Shown here: in pieces, positions 36,286 to 47,247 of the stretch
Position numbering within the stretch: the stretch's first letter is position 1
Layout: every line of letters begins with the position of its first letter
Origin: Phoronis australis
Lineage: Eukaryota; Animalia; Phoronida
DNA: 64,000 bases
Assembly: GCA_002633005.1 (NCBI GenBank)
Contig: NMRA01000236.1
Coordinates: 1-64,000 of the forward strand
Direction of reading: 5' to 3'
Made by a program: the position numbers and the translations under genes
Notes under the pieces: generated by a model
Database searches by the model: none
What the model was told of the DNA's origin: nothing
The model's input: the letters and a program-made list of their open reading frames with translations, nothing else

Positions 36286-37725
36286 GCATTCAGCTGAGGT
36301 TTTCCTGAGCTGTGAAATCTGGTCAGCTGCCATGGTAAAACTGAAACGTGTGAGAACAATTGTAAATTGAATTAAAGTGATTCTTATTGTAATTTGTGAA
36401 GTTTGCCGCAGTCGTATTGTTTTCCCTATCATTTGGACCTAATACTCAGACTCCGAACACGTCACTTGTTTGAAATGTATTTATCTGGTGAACTGAAAAT
36501 CATCTAACTTGCCATGGGCAATATATTTCTTCTCGCAGGCTTGCCACTTTTGCTGCTCATTCGAGAAAGGGGCATGCATTTTTTCAAATTGCTTGAGTGC
36601 TGTGATTTCGTTCATATTGAAAATGTCAATTATGAAGCGTCGTAAATGAGACATTTTAGCTTAAAAAAGTTCTTGACTGTTGCTTTGGATAGAAAAAAGT
36701 GCAGGTGGCTTGATGCCTTTTGCGGTACATGAGGCGTGTTTAGGCCACAAGGCCGGGCCCATTACACTAGTCACCTGATTATGACTCATGGGGACACCAC
36801 ATCACCGGATTCCCCATTGGTGAAATCTTCCAATGTGCCTGTTCGTTTCAGGAAGACAGAAAGACTATTAAACCTGTATGAACTAACAATGTTAACCAGG
36901 CAGGTTATGTGTCCATCAAGTAGTAGATTACGGTGTCTGTCGTAGGCAGGGAAAATATCCACCAGATGTTGAGGAGTCTCGGCCCCCAAGCCACAGTAGG
37001 GACACAATGAACATGCCATGTGGCCTGTAATGTTACGGTGTGGAGCTAGGTTGCAGTGTCCAGTAATAACCTGGATCAGCTGCCTTATAGCAAGCCTATC
37101 TAAGCATAACAGTTTCTTTGAACCTTTTGGTTCAATAGGACTTGGAAAAAGTTGTCTGGATTGTCTGCAGGCAGAGAACTTTGGCTAGAAGCTTAGCATT
37201 ATTGTCAGACACAATTTACGTTATATTTTTTGTAAAATTCAACTAAAATGGTCGGTCACTTTGCTACAAAACAAAACGATGTTTATTAGAATAGTTTCAA
37301 AAACTACCGCTAGGGCTAGTGCCAGTGCTGGAGTAAAACTAACCTTGGTATATACTAATATATATTTTGTCGACAGTCTTCATACAGCTAGCTGACTGGC
37401 TAGGGTCAAACAGGTGCTAAGACAAATGTCGCCAGACGAGTGAACTTGCGTAGTCGAAATCAGATACGCCTACACTACAGCCACCAAACTGAAAAATATA
37501 CTTACCTTGGAACAAATATATTTATGTTTAGCCTTGGGATAATCACGCAACATTGCCAACTTGAGCTGCTGTACGTGTGGCTGTCCACAGAGTTTTATCC
37601 ATAGCTTACACTGCTCGAGACGAGTTTTCGGTTTGGGAAAATGGCCAAAATGAGACAGGATTTTCGTCTCTAGCCTCATACCGGCTGTCAGACTTGCAGA
37701 CACCATAGCAGCACCGTTTTACCAT
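34197..37725 (-). pseudogene. ISL2EU THAP + HARBI1/IS5-like DDE transposase (THAP exon 37725-37506, DDE exon 35232-~34197), disrupted
   Basis: MVKRCCYGVCKSDSRY...FPKPK...CKLWIKLCG...YICSK|gt; LQDQLLLTLTKLRLN (HTH); IIDGTE, YSDYK..TTLKGLVG, GSISD, VADKGF, VERAI (D-D-E). Terminal region extends to about 37890. Confidence 0.88.
36690..37180 (-). mobile_element. Diverged LOA/R1-like LINE 3' fragment, related to 29011-29934
   Basis: ITGHCNL, CPYCGLGAETPQHLV, LSVFLKRTG; similar 3'-UTR (AATGGGCCC...GGCCT...CACCTGCAC) and T-rich tail. Confidence 0.8.
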
Positions 37726-39233
37726 TATAATGACAAAATTTCTTGATGTTTAACTAAAATAAACTTTACACGCCAACGTACTCTTTGTCGGGTAAAATGG
37801 CGGCTTAGAAAAGCAGATGAAGGTGTGTCAAGAATTCTGTGTTCTGATTGGTCAGTTAAGCCGTCAGTCGTAATCCTGGCGATAGGTCACTTTCCGAAAG
37901 TTTGATGATCTAACCCGCTAACGACGTCAAGTCGACCTTGACCTACCTTTTGAACCTTCAATGTCAGAGGTCACTGTTGAAGTAGTGCGGGAGGTGAATA
38001 CTGAAAACATTATTACATGACCCTATTTCCCTCGACAGATTCAACGCGTATGGGATAAAGGGGTTTACCTAAAGCTCTACAGTGTCGACGTTAATATCAA
38101 TATCAATTAATGTTCGCCGTTCTAGAAATTCGAACCACAACCCGCGTAATGGTGGCCACGGCCCGGGTCTTTTTGTCAAGCAATTTCGAAAAAGTAAATA
38201 AGGTTCAGCGGGGCTGTTGGGTCAGTCTAGCTCATCAAAATGTAAAACCAATATCCTACTTCTTATACGTTCGGTGCAAAGGAACCGTACACAGGAAGGA
38301 GTTACGTAACATTTCTACATCCACATGCTGCGTTGTTCTGTAGAAGACACATATAAGTATGGTTGTAATGTTCTGTGTTGGACAGACAACATCAAAGTCC
38401 GAGTTTGACGGGATGATTTTATTTACTAATTCCACTTAGAACCTCAGTGAAAATATTGAATCCTTGTGAGAACCGTGTGAGAACTGTAAATCTATGAAAA
38501 TACCCAAAATACTCTAAATACATGACAATATTATATAAAACTGAATCTAAATTAAATTATTAACAATAGTCACTCTGAGAAACTAGTCAAAATTACTCAA
38601 ATCTAACTGAATCGGTACATGAACTTTAAATCACATTTACAAAACAACATTTATCTTAAAACATATTATACCCTAGAACATTTCATAACTCATAAACTCC
38701 AATGAGACTTACAAAAATTGCTCCCTTTGATCTTATCCACGCATGAATATCCAATTCTTGTTTTGTGTATCAGTATGATCCTTGTCAGTGACTGAACACA
38801 CTCCTTGAAACTCAACAGACTCGGTGATCTGCCTAAAATACTTGATTCTCCAAAGTTACTGAGCTTCCTCGTCTCCTAACTTTTTCTTTTGAGAATGACA
38901 CTTATTTCTGCTCCAGAAATATTTATACTCTAAGATATGACTAAACATCACATGGACACTGGTCAAGGCATAAGTACATCGGTGTGGGTGTTTCTTAGAA
39001 TCAACCCACCAAAGTTGACCACTCCAAAACATATTTTGATGATCATATCCTGTTTGTCAGAACTGCACTGAGAACTTAGCAGAACTAAAGCTTGTCTGAA
39101 GAAATTGCGCAATAGTCAAGTTCACCACAAGTTGTTTACAATAATAAGTCCTGTTCTAAAATATTTGTGACTTTAGAAATAGTTAACTGATATTAATTAA
39201 CACATTTGTTTATAAATTTAATCATCGACTTAT

Positions 39234-39480
39234 CCTATCGCCGGGATTTTGAGTGACAGCTCAACTGACCAATCAGAACGTAATATTCTTGTCACACCTT
39301 TGTCGGCCTTTCCAAGCCGCCATTTTACCACACAAACAACACGTTGTCGGTGACTTTTCACAAGGGGCGGAGCTTTCGAATGGTCAGTTGTGGTTTGATC
39401 CAATGCACTGCAAAAAGATCAAAGTCAAGCACAACGAAGGATTGGTGTTTTATAACTGCAAGTTTAGTATAATTAATTGC
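39234..39480 (+). mobile_element. Second ISL2EU-type terminus (related family, truncated)
   Basis: About 110 bp inverted similarity to 37775-37888 (CCTATCGCC.GGATT...AACTGACCAATCAGAAC...AAGCCGCCATTTTACC), followed by a THAP-like start MVSCGLIQC. Confidence 0.55.
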
Positions 39481-39945
39481 TCAAAATGGGTGAGCAATAG
39501 ATTATCACTTCCCGGTATTTCTCATACCTAGACCCTCTGAGGGATTTTGAGTAATTACCGCCCTCGGGGCTAGCGCGGCATCATGGCATACAAAAACCTT
39601 AAGTTTCTCCCAGCAGCAGCGGATTTTTAATAAAAACCATTTCAGTGTATTCGTGACTCTAGAGCTTTCTTTTGTAAGTCAAAAGGGGGAAGTGGAGATG
39701 AAATCAATGAAACGATGTTGAAATGGTACCTTTGGCCGAGCAGTTTACAAGGATTTACACTCCCTGGTGAATTTAAATCGCGTTTACACGTGCCTCGTTT
39801 CTGGACAGCATGTCCATTGTAAACTACAAATGATTACCTTTGTTTTTCTGTAGGATGCATTGCCTGTCACTTATTAAAAAGCTAACGTTTTATTTAGGAG
39901 CCTTTACCATAAGTGTTCCATATTCTTTCTCAAACTAGTGGTAGT

Positions 39946-40049
39946 TTGTCTTTGGAAGAACTTGTACTTCACGTTTCTTGCACTAGACCAAGCACTTTGT
40001 CTTGGAAAGAACTTGTACCTCACGTTTCTTGCACTAGACCAAGCACTTG
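39946..40049. repeat. 51-bp direct tandem duplication
   Basis: TTGTCTT(T/G)G(G/A)AAGAACTTGTAC(T/C)TCACGTTTCTTGCACTAGACCAAGCACT, two copies. Confidence 0.85.
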
Positions 40050-40652
40050 TTCGTCCAAACAGAAAAGTCCAGACTAAAACTTGTACGGAATCAGGCCACC
40101 CATCTAATGATGTCGACATGACCGATTGACCAACGTCAACAACGAACGAGAACCACCAATCGACCACCCTTAGCGAGAACAGTCGATCGAGGTACCATGG
40201 CTGTTTCGGCGACCCCAGTCACACACCCGGTGATTCCTATATGGGCCCGTATAAGAATGTGTACAAAACAACTGAATAAAAAATTCTAAAGGCAATGATT
40301 TTGATCAATTTTAAAATTAATTGACTTGAAATAAATAATGTGTTTTCTTGATTTTCCATGTATTTTGCACTAAATTAAACGTCCAGTCATCGCTGATTCC
40401 AATACGATGGAGACAAGGTGAAAACCAAATTCGCTGTAACGATGATGTCATAGAGATTGATTGATGCAAGTGCCACCTCAAGTTTTTTTGGTGCTAAAAG
40501 AGGTTCGCGATGGGGCTGCTGTATTGTAAAAGGCCTACTTAATTAACGACTGGGGTATGCTATGACACCGTATGTTAACGTTTTTCAACAATACACGTAC
40601 TTTATATATAAAGTCATTTTGACACCATATTAGGCCTTTAATTGTTGACGGT

Positions 40653-41095
40653 TGTTACCTTAATATAAACAAAAAGAACCACTTTTCAGTTATCCTGGTT
40701 TAAATTAATATCTATTTACATATTTACAAACATGATAACAAGTTATGCGAAACTTGGGACGAAGACAGGGTCGAACGTCAGCACCAACAGTCCCGGCAAA
40801 TCTTGAAACTTGAGGCATCTTCAGTCTTCATCACCAAGGCGTCCTCACGTGTTCCGTTGACTCCACAAGTCCACCAAAAAAATACAGTGAAGTTCCATTC
40901 ACAAGACGCTGCTGTCCGCACCGTAGCAAAGGCTCACCACATAAACAGTATTTAGAAAGTATGAAGAAAACATAAAGTCCAGCCGCATTGCTCAGATAAA
41001 CCATGACACACGTCTGCTCATCATCGGCGACCAACTAGAACTCCTCGATAAAACTCAAAACTGCCCTCTAGCGGGAATACCTAACGTACCTAACA
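40653..41095 (-). mobile_element. 3' LTR of Gypsy element A
   Basis: TGTTA...TAACA ends, immediately preceded on the minus strand by the purine tract GAAACGGGGAGA (PPT), about 130 bp after the pol stop. Confidence 0.7.
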
Positions 41096-41609
41096 TCTCC
41101 CCGTTTCAAAAAATAATGTGTACAACTACAGACATTTTTTATTTTGTTCTAACCAAACTTGTCATATTTACGACTTAACTAAACGCATCCGAAAATACAA
41201 CTCTTCCACAAACATACTCTAGGAACCTCACTCAAATCCTAGACAAACTCTCGGCAATAATATTATCCTTTCCTCTGATGTGTCGAACATCAAGATCGAG
41301 CTCCTGCAAAATGAGACTCCACCTAAGTATTCTCTGCTTTTTCCTTTCATCTTATTTATAAAAACTAACGGGTTGTGATCAGTATACACAATCAACGGTG
41401 AACTCATAGAGGAGACATAAACTTCGAAATGCTGCAATGCCAGAATCAATACGAAAGCCTCCTTTTCAATGGTTGAATAACAGCGCTGGTTCCTATTGAA
41501 CTTTTTAGAAAAATAACACACAGGGTTATCTATGCCTTGAGCATCTTCCTGTAACAAAACTCCACCTGCTCCAACATCAGAAGCATCAACAGCCAACTTA
41601 AATGGATTA

Positions 41610-44600
41610 TAGTCTAGACGCATTTCTGGAAAATGTGCATGTTAGAGGCGTTTTTTAGTAAAAGTGGAGAACCTGTCTTTTTAGCATAATTATGGTATGC
41701 TGATTTCGATTATGCCTGTTCCCAAGCTAGATTTTCAGTTTTTGACCATCTAATTTGCATAAACAAAATGGCCGCCAAACCAACAAGATAAGAAACATTC
41801 GTAAGACCAGGAGTACAATATGTGACGACTAATTAGGAAATTTTTGCTTCAAAAACATAATATAAGTGTGTTTAGATCACTTAAATTTAAGAGCATATTA
41901 ATGAACGTCATTAAATTCCCCAATTATGCTAATTAGCTTCCGCCATTACCAAAAAATTCAAATTTCGGTGTAACTTTATCAATTTGCAGGCAAACATGAC
42001 AACTAAGGTGTCTATACCTATGTTTTGAAGGTCTAGAAAAATCATTATGACACATGTGAAGCTTTTTATTTCATCTTCATTAAGTTACAAATGCTCATTA
42101 ATAAAGTCTGAAAATTAAATTAGAAATCATAATTATCAATGCTTTTTTGCGAACATCTCACTATTTAGATAAGACATAAGTATTGTAAACATAACAACAT
42201 GACTTTTAAATACTGTTGTAAAGAGATGCATGGCCATATCGTCCCATTTTGGACAGGAACATACCGTACTCGCAGTCGACCAAGCACTCTGCTGCAGATT
42301 AATGGAGCTTACGTGGTCGGTCCCAGAGTACCAACATATGTTAATACAGTACCTCGTTAATGGTTCTTCACTATCAATGAACTTTATCAAGGCCATAGAA
42401 GATCACATGAGTGATTCCGGAATAGCTGAGGTGTGTATAGAGAGTGCAGTACTTGGCCAAGACCTATGGAACTGGTCCTCAGTGGAAAGTCGTACAGCAA
42501 AGCTACAGTATGAGGGCACACAAACTGTCTTTGCAAGCTCTGTGGCATCTCCTGCATGTCTCAAGCCTTCTCTCGTTTATTGCAGAAGCGACTGTCATGC
42601 TTGTAGTACCAGAATGTCTGCAGATGATGATCCACAGAAAATTCCGGAGTTTTTAACATTTCTCAATTAGGATAAGTTCAGGAAACTCCTGGGCCTTGTC
42701 TCCAATCTTTGTACTCGAAACGAACTCGAAACTATTTTTGGCAATTTCTCGGCTCCTTTTGTGCGAACTTAAGATAATTGGTTATCAGACTGTGCTCGAA
42801 TACATTACAGTTTATGCATAGGAGTTTCTAGTTCAAGTTTGCCCTTGAAGACCCTTATATTCGTGATACAAACTCGAGTAAAAACTCGAAATGTCGAGTT
42901 CAAACTCGATCTTATTGCTTTAATATTGGGTTCACAAACTGTGAACTAGGGGCAATAAATTATCTACGTAAGTTATTGTGTACTCGAGCATAGAATAATA
43001 GACACTTATCTTGAGTTCGCCCAAATGTGGAGTAGAAAATTCCAAACTTAATTTCGAGTTCCATTTCGAGTAAAAAGATTGGAGACCGGGCCCTGGGCAT
43101 TTTGTCAACAGTAGTTCTGATTATGTGAATTTCAGCTTCTGGTGGAGTTACATGTACATGGTTCTAATATTGTTAAAGTACACATGCTCTCAACGGGATG
43201 GTATTTTGGAGCTGCATCTGTATTCATTTACTCTTGTGCTGCCTCACCGAATTATGCCCGAGGGGGGCGCGGTCTTTTTAGCGGAGATACATCAGCTTCC
43301 ACAGTCTGTTTGGTCAGAGTTTCAAGCAGGAAACTTTGTAGTCAAGTGATCTCCTCACATGCTCTGTCAGGAAGATTCTGACCAGTGGGTAAATGGGGCA
43401 GGCAAAAAGGACGTGGTATCATCGGTAATACCAAAACCTTGTCAGCTCTATGTAGGTGGACACTCTCATTTAATCTGAAATCTCATATAGCTGAACAAAC
43501 TTACTGCTGTGGGAGTACATAGTTTCATAACGAAGCCACGGGGCAACTGTTGAGAGTTCCCTTCTTTACGCATTCCATAGATTGAAGGTCTTCTCGTCCA
43601 CAAGGCCTTAGCTGCTACAAAGCCTTGCAACAAAAGACCTAGCAACAGCACTAATCCAAGAGTCACTTTTACATGCCAAGGAACTTGGACACGAACAAAC
43701 TAAGAAATTTGTTTGAGACCGATTATCACTGAGCAATGCGATAATTCAGACATGTCAATTCACGTGCCTATGCGCAAAAATAATGCCCCAACATTTGCCA
43801 ACATACATGATGTGGTGAAACAATCCAAAGACAAAGACAAGAAAATAGTTCTTAAGGCAGAGAGAGATATACTTCGCTGCCTAGCTACGGCTTATGAGGT
43901 GGGTCGGCCAGTTGATTTGCCGTCTGTGCTCAAACGCGAGCTTCTTCCCGTCCATGTTTTCTTACAGAAACGAGTAGCACATTGCGCACTGGAGATAAAT
44001 CTTCACTTGCCGAAGTATTAATAGTTAACCCATCGACTGTCCTAAAAGAATTCAACTTCATGGCTCGCCCGCTTGCCTCATTTTTGATGGCGAAGCGTTG
44101 CTGGTAGCTCTTGGGAAGCTTGATGGTGATGTGACCTTCGAGAACCTGACTGATTCATTCATGAAAACAGTGCTAAACACAGGATTTCGATATCATAAAA
44201 TTGACATTGTATTTGACAGATACAGACAAGAAACTATGACATACACAACAGGAAAACAGCTTAGTAAAGGAATACAGAAAATCAGGTGATTTTTGGAAGG
44301 CCGTGGTGTAGCTCTTCCTCAAAACTGGTCAAATTTACGGGCACTGGCTGAGAATAAAGAAGACCTAGCACATTTCTTGTCAGAGGAACTGTGTTTGTAG
44401 ACGCCTGAAGATAAAGAGTTTATGGTTGCAGGAGGGTTCAAAGATGAGCTGGAAGTAAATTAAATCATCTAAGGATATGACTGATTTGAGGACTCTGAAA
44501 TCCACACATGAAGAAGCAGATCCAAGACTGGTACTGCATGCTCTCCACAGTCAGTCGTATTTCCAGGGACACCCGATGTTCTATTGCTTCTGGTATCGCA

Positions 44601-45980
44601 CTTCCAACAAATGCAAAGTGGGCATATCTGTATGATGTCAGGCACATCAAAGAAATGACGATATATACATATTGAAGCACTTTTCAACAAACTACTAAGA
44701 GACTCAGCAACATCCTTGTTTGCTTTTCATGCCGTGACCGGGTTTGGCACCAACTCGTACTTTGCCAATCACATGAAACAATCATTATGGAAGGTGTTCC
44801 TAGAGTATCACAGATTGCTTAAGAACCCCTGCATTGGTGAAATCACTGAGCAAATTACGATGGCTTCAGAAGTATTTGTCTGCAGAATATACAACACGAC
44901 CTGTAGATGTAGCACGCCATTTACTATTCTCCAAGCCCGTGAACCCAGAAATCCTTCCCCCTCACCCATAATGCCCGCTGTTTCCATCTGATGAGAGTGC
45001 ACTATCAGGTCAAGGTATGGCGAAATGATCATTGTTCCATACCTGAGCTCCCAGCACCCTCTGATATGGGAGGAACACACACAAACTTATGCTTGCAGCC
45101 CATACTGATGACACAGAGTTCTATCCCAGACAGCTGCCTAGAGATGGTATTGTGTGCATGCCAGAAACAACGCAACAGCAGACAATGCATATCATTATGC
45201 TCATGCCAGCAGCACATTCCTTGTATGCAAACAGTTTGATTTGCCTGGCTTTAGGCATGTTAAAAAGTACCAAAAAGTGAATGCTAAAACTGTGTTCAGC
45301 AGGCCTGAAAATAATTCATGCAACTGAGAATTTAATGTCTTCAATAACAATAACTATATTGATTTTTTATGAATGGAAGATAACGGGATAGTGTGAACAT
45401 TTGTCCTATATTCCATCAAACTAGTGACACCTTGCTTGACGAGCATTGCAGATTAATGACTATTTTTTCCACATTCTGAAAGTATACATCTATAACCCAA
45501 TAAATATGAAATAAATTGCTCCAAAAATGTCTTAAGCATGTTTGTTGACCATGAAAATATAAGTATAAACAACTCATTTTTCAAGTTAGCCTGCAGGAAC
45601 ACAAACTTAAGACGCAAATTACAATGTATGGTAATGGCGGCACCTAATTTGCATAATTAGTTTTCAGAATTGCATTTTTTTAGTATTCATAAGTGATGTA
45701 TTGCTCAAGAAGTATTTATTAGAAGTGTGCAGGTGAGACATTTCACCATTTTGAATGGTATATGGTGATTTCTATTACAAAAATACATCTGAACTTGACA
45801 ATTTGGCCGCCATTTTGTTTATGCAAATTAGATGGTCAAAAATGCAAAATTCGGCTTGGGAACAGGGTTAGTTGAATTCGCCATACCTTGATTGTGTGAA
45901 AAAGTCTTGTTCCCAACTTTTACTAAAAAATGCTTCTAGAACCTTATACAGGGCTCTTTTCAGGAAATGCGTCCAGACTA
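41610..45980 (+). mobile_element. Academ DNA transposon (copy 2) with both TIRs, degenerate transposase
   Basis: TAGTCT(A/G)GACGCATTTC TIRs (about 170 bp of inverted similarity); 3-bp TSD TTA at 41607-41609 and 45981-45983. Motifs AVDQAL, IFDGEA, IDIVFDRY, STHEEADPRLVLH, FHAVTG, RVHYQ..VW, C-x-C tail. Confidence 0.92.
42692..43092. mobile_element. PIF/Harbinger-type MITE nested in Academ copy 2
   Basis: TIR GGCC(TT/CG)GTCTCCAATCTTT.TACTCGAAA; TSD CTG on both sides; internal CTCGA repeats. Confidence 0.88.
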
Positions 45981-47247
45981 TTACAGAAATCAGGAGCAGC
46001 AAGCACAGGCTGGGTAGACATTTCTTTCACATTTTCAAAAGCCTTTCGGCATGCATCATTCCACACAAACTTCACTTTACTTGAAGTAAAACCAGTCAAA
46101 GCTAATACAACCTCAGAATAATTTCTACAAAAACGTCTATAGCAACCGGCCGAATACCCAGAATTCTAGACAAAGACTTCTTGTTAGTGGGAGTAGCAAA
46201 AGCCAAAATAGCTTCAACTTTAGCTTCACGAGGTCACACTTTCCGTCCTCCATCAACTTGACCTAAAAACGTCACAGATGCATGACCAAGACCACTTTTC
46301 GCCAAATTGACAGATAAGTTAGCTTCAGACAAACGCTCGAAAAGTTGTCTTAAATCACACAAATGTGATTCCCAAGTAAAATTACTACCTATAATGTCAT
46401 CAGTGTAAACCTGGACATTAGGTAGACTATTCAGTACAGTATTCATGACGCTAAATCGTCGTGAGAGAACCTCCGGAGTTGGTATATGATGCAACTCCGG
46501 ACGGCCTGGGGTCAACAGAAAACCACAGTTCAACTGTGAGTCTACACCAATGTGACAAACGAGAGTAGTTCTACTTGCTACGTCAGCTGCAGGTATGCTT
46601 ATCTCTTTTATGACACACAATGCGTGACTGGGCAAAGCGTTTTCAAAATAATGTGGATAAATCAGCGGAGTGTGAGACCCCTGAGGTCCCTGTCAAGTCC
46701 GTTATGCATCAATCTCTGAAAAGCCGCGGCAACATTTTTCATACCGAAGGGCATAACACAATACTGCCACAAACCATCAGGGGTTGAAAATGCAGACAAT
46801 TCTTTAGCTTGCGCTGTAAGTGGAACCTGCCAATACTCTTTTAACAGATCAAACTTGCTTACAAATCCTGCACTTCTAATACGATCAATACAATCGCCAA
46901 CCCTCGGAACAGGGTACGTATCACCCTTGGTCAACAAGTTCAATTTCTTGAAATCAGTCACAAACCTTACAGAATTGTCAGGCTTCTGAACAAGGATGCA
47001 TGGAGAACTCCAATTACTCTGACTTGGTTCAATGATTCCATTATCCAACATATACTGAATCTCATTTTTCATTAACTCCAATTTAGGGGGAGAAATTCTA
47101 TAAGGGTGTTGCTTAACTGGATCAGCATTTCCAACATCGACAGTTAGTTTTTCTAGGCACATCTGGAATTCACTGAATTCCCTTAAAAGACTTTGTAGTG
47201 AGTGTTGCTGATCAACGTGCAAGTGACTCATCTTCTCTTGCAAATTG

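Larger units (their letters stand above)
41228..47245 (-). mobile_element. Gypsy element A pol (RT-RNase H), Gmr1-like, split by Academ copy 2
   Basis: PVKQHPYR, WSSPCILV.KPD, FDLLKEYWQV, MPFGMKN, VYTDDI, then PVLAAPDFC|NPFKLAVDAS, YSTIEKE, YTDHNPL, HIRGKDN..A..LSR*. No integrase after RNase H. Confidence 0.88.

Noticed and set aside
38690-39130. Coding-like minus-strand stretch
   Set aside because: Interrupted by stops, and no motif I can confidently recognise.
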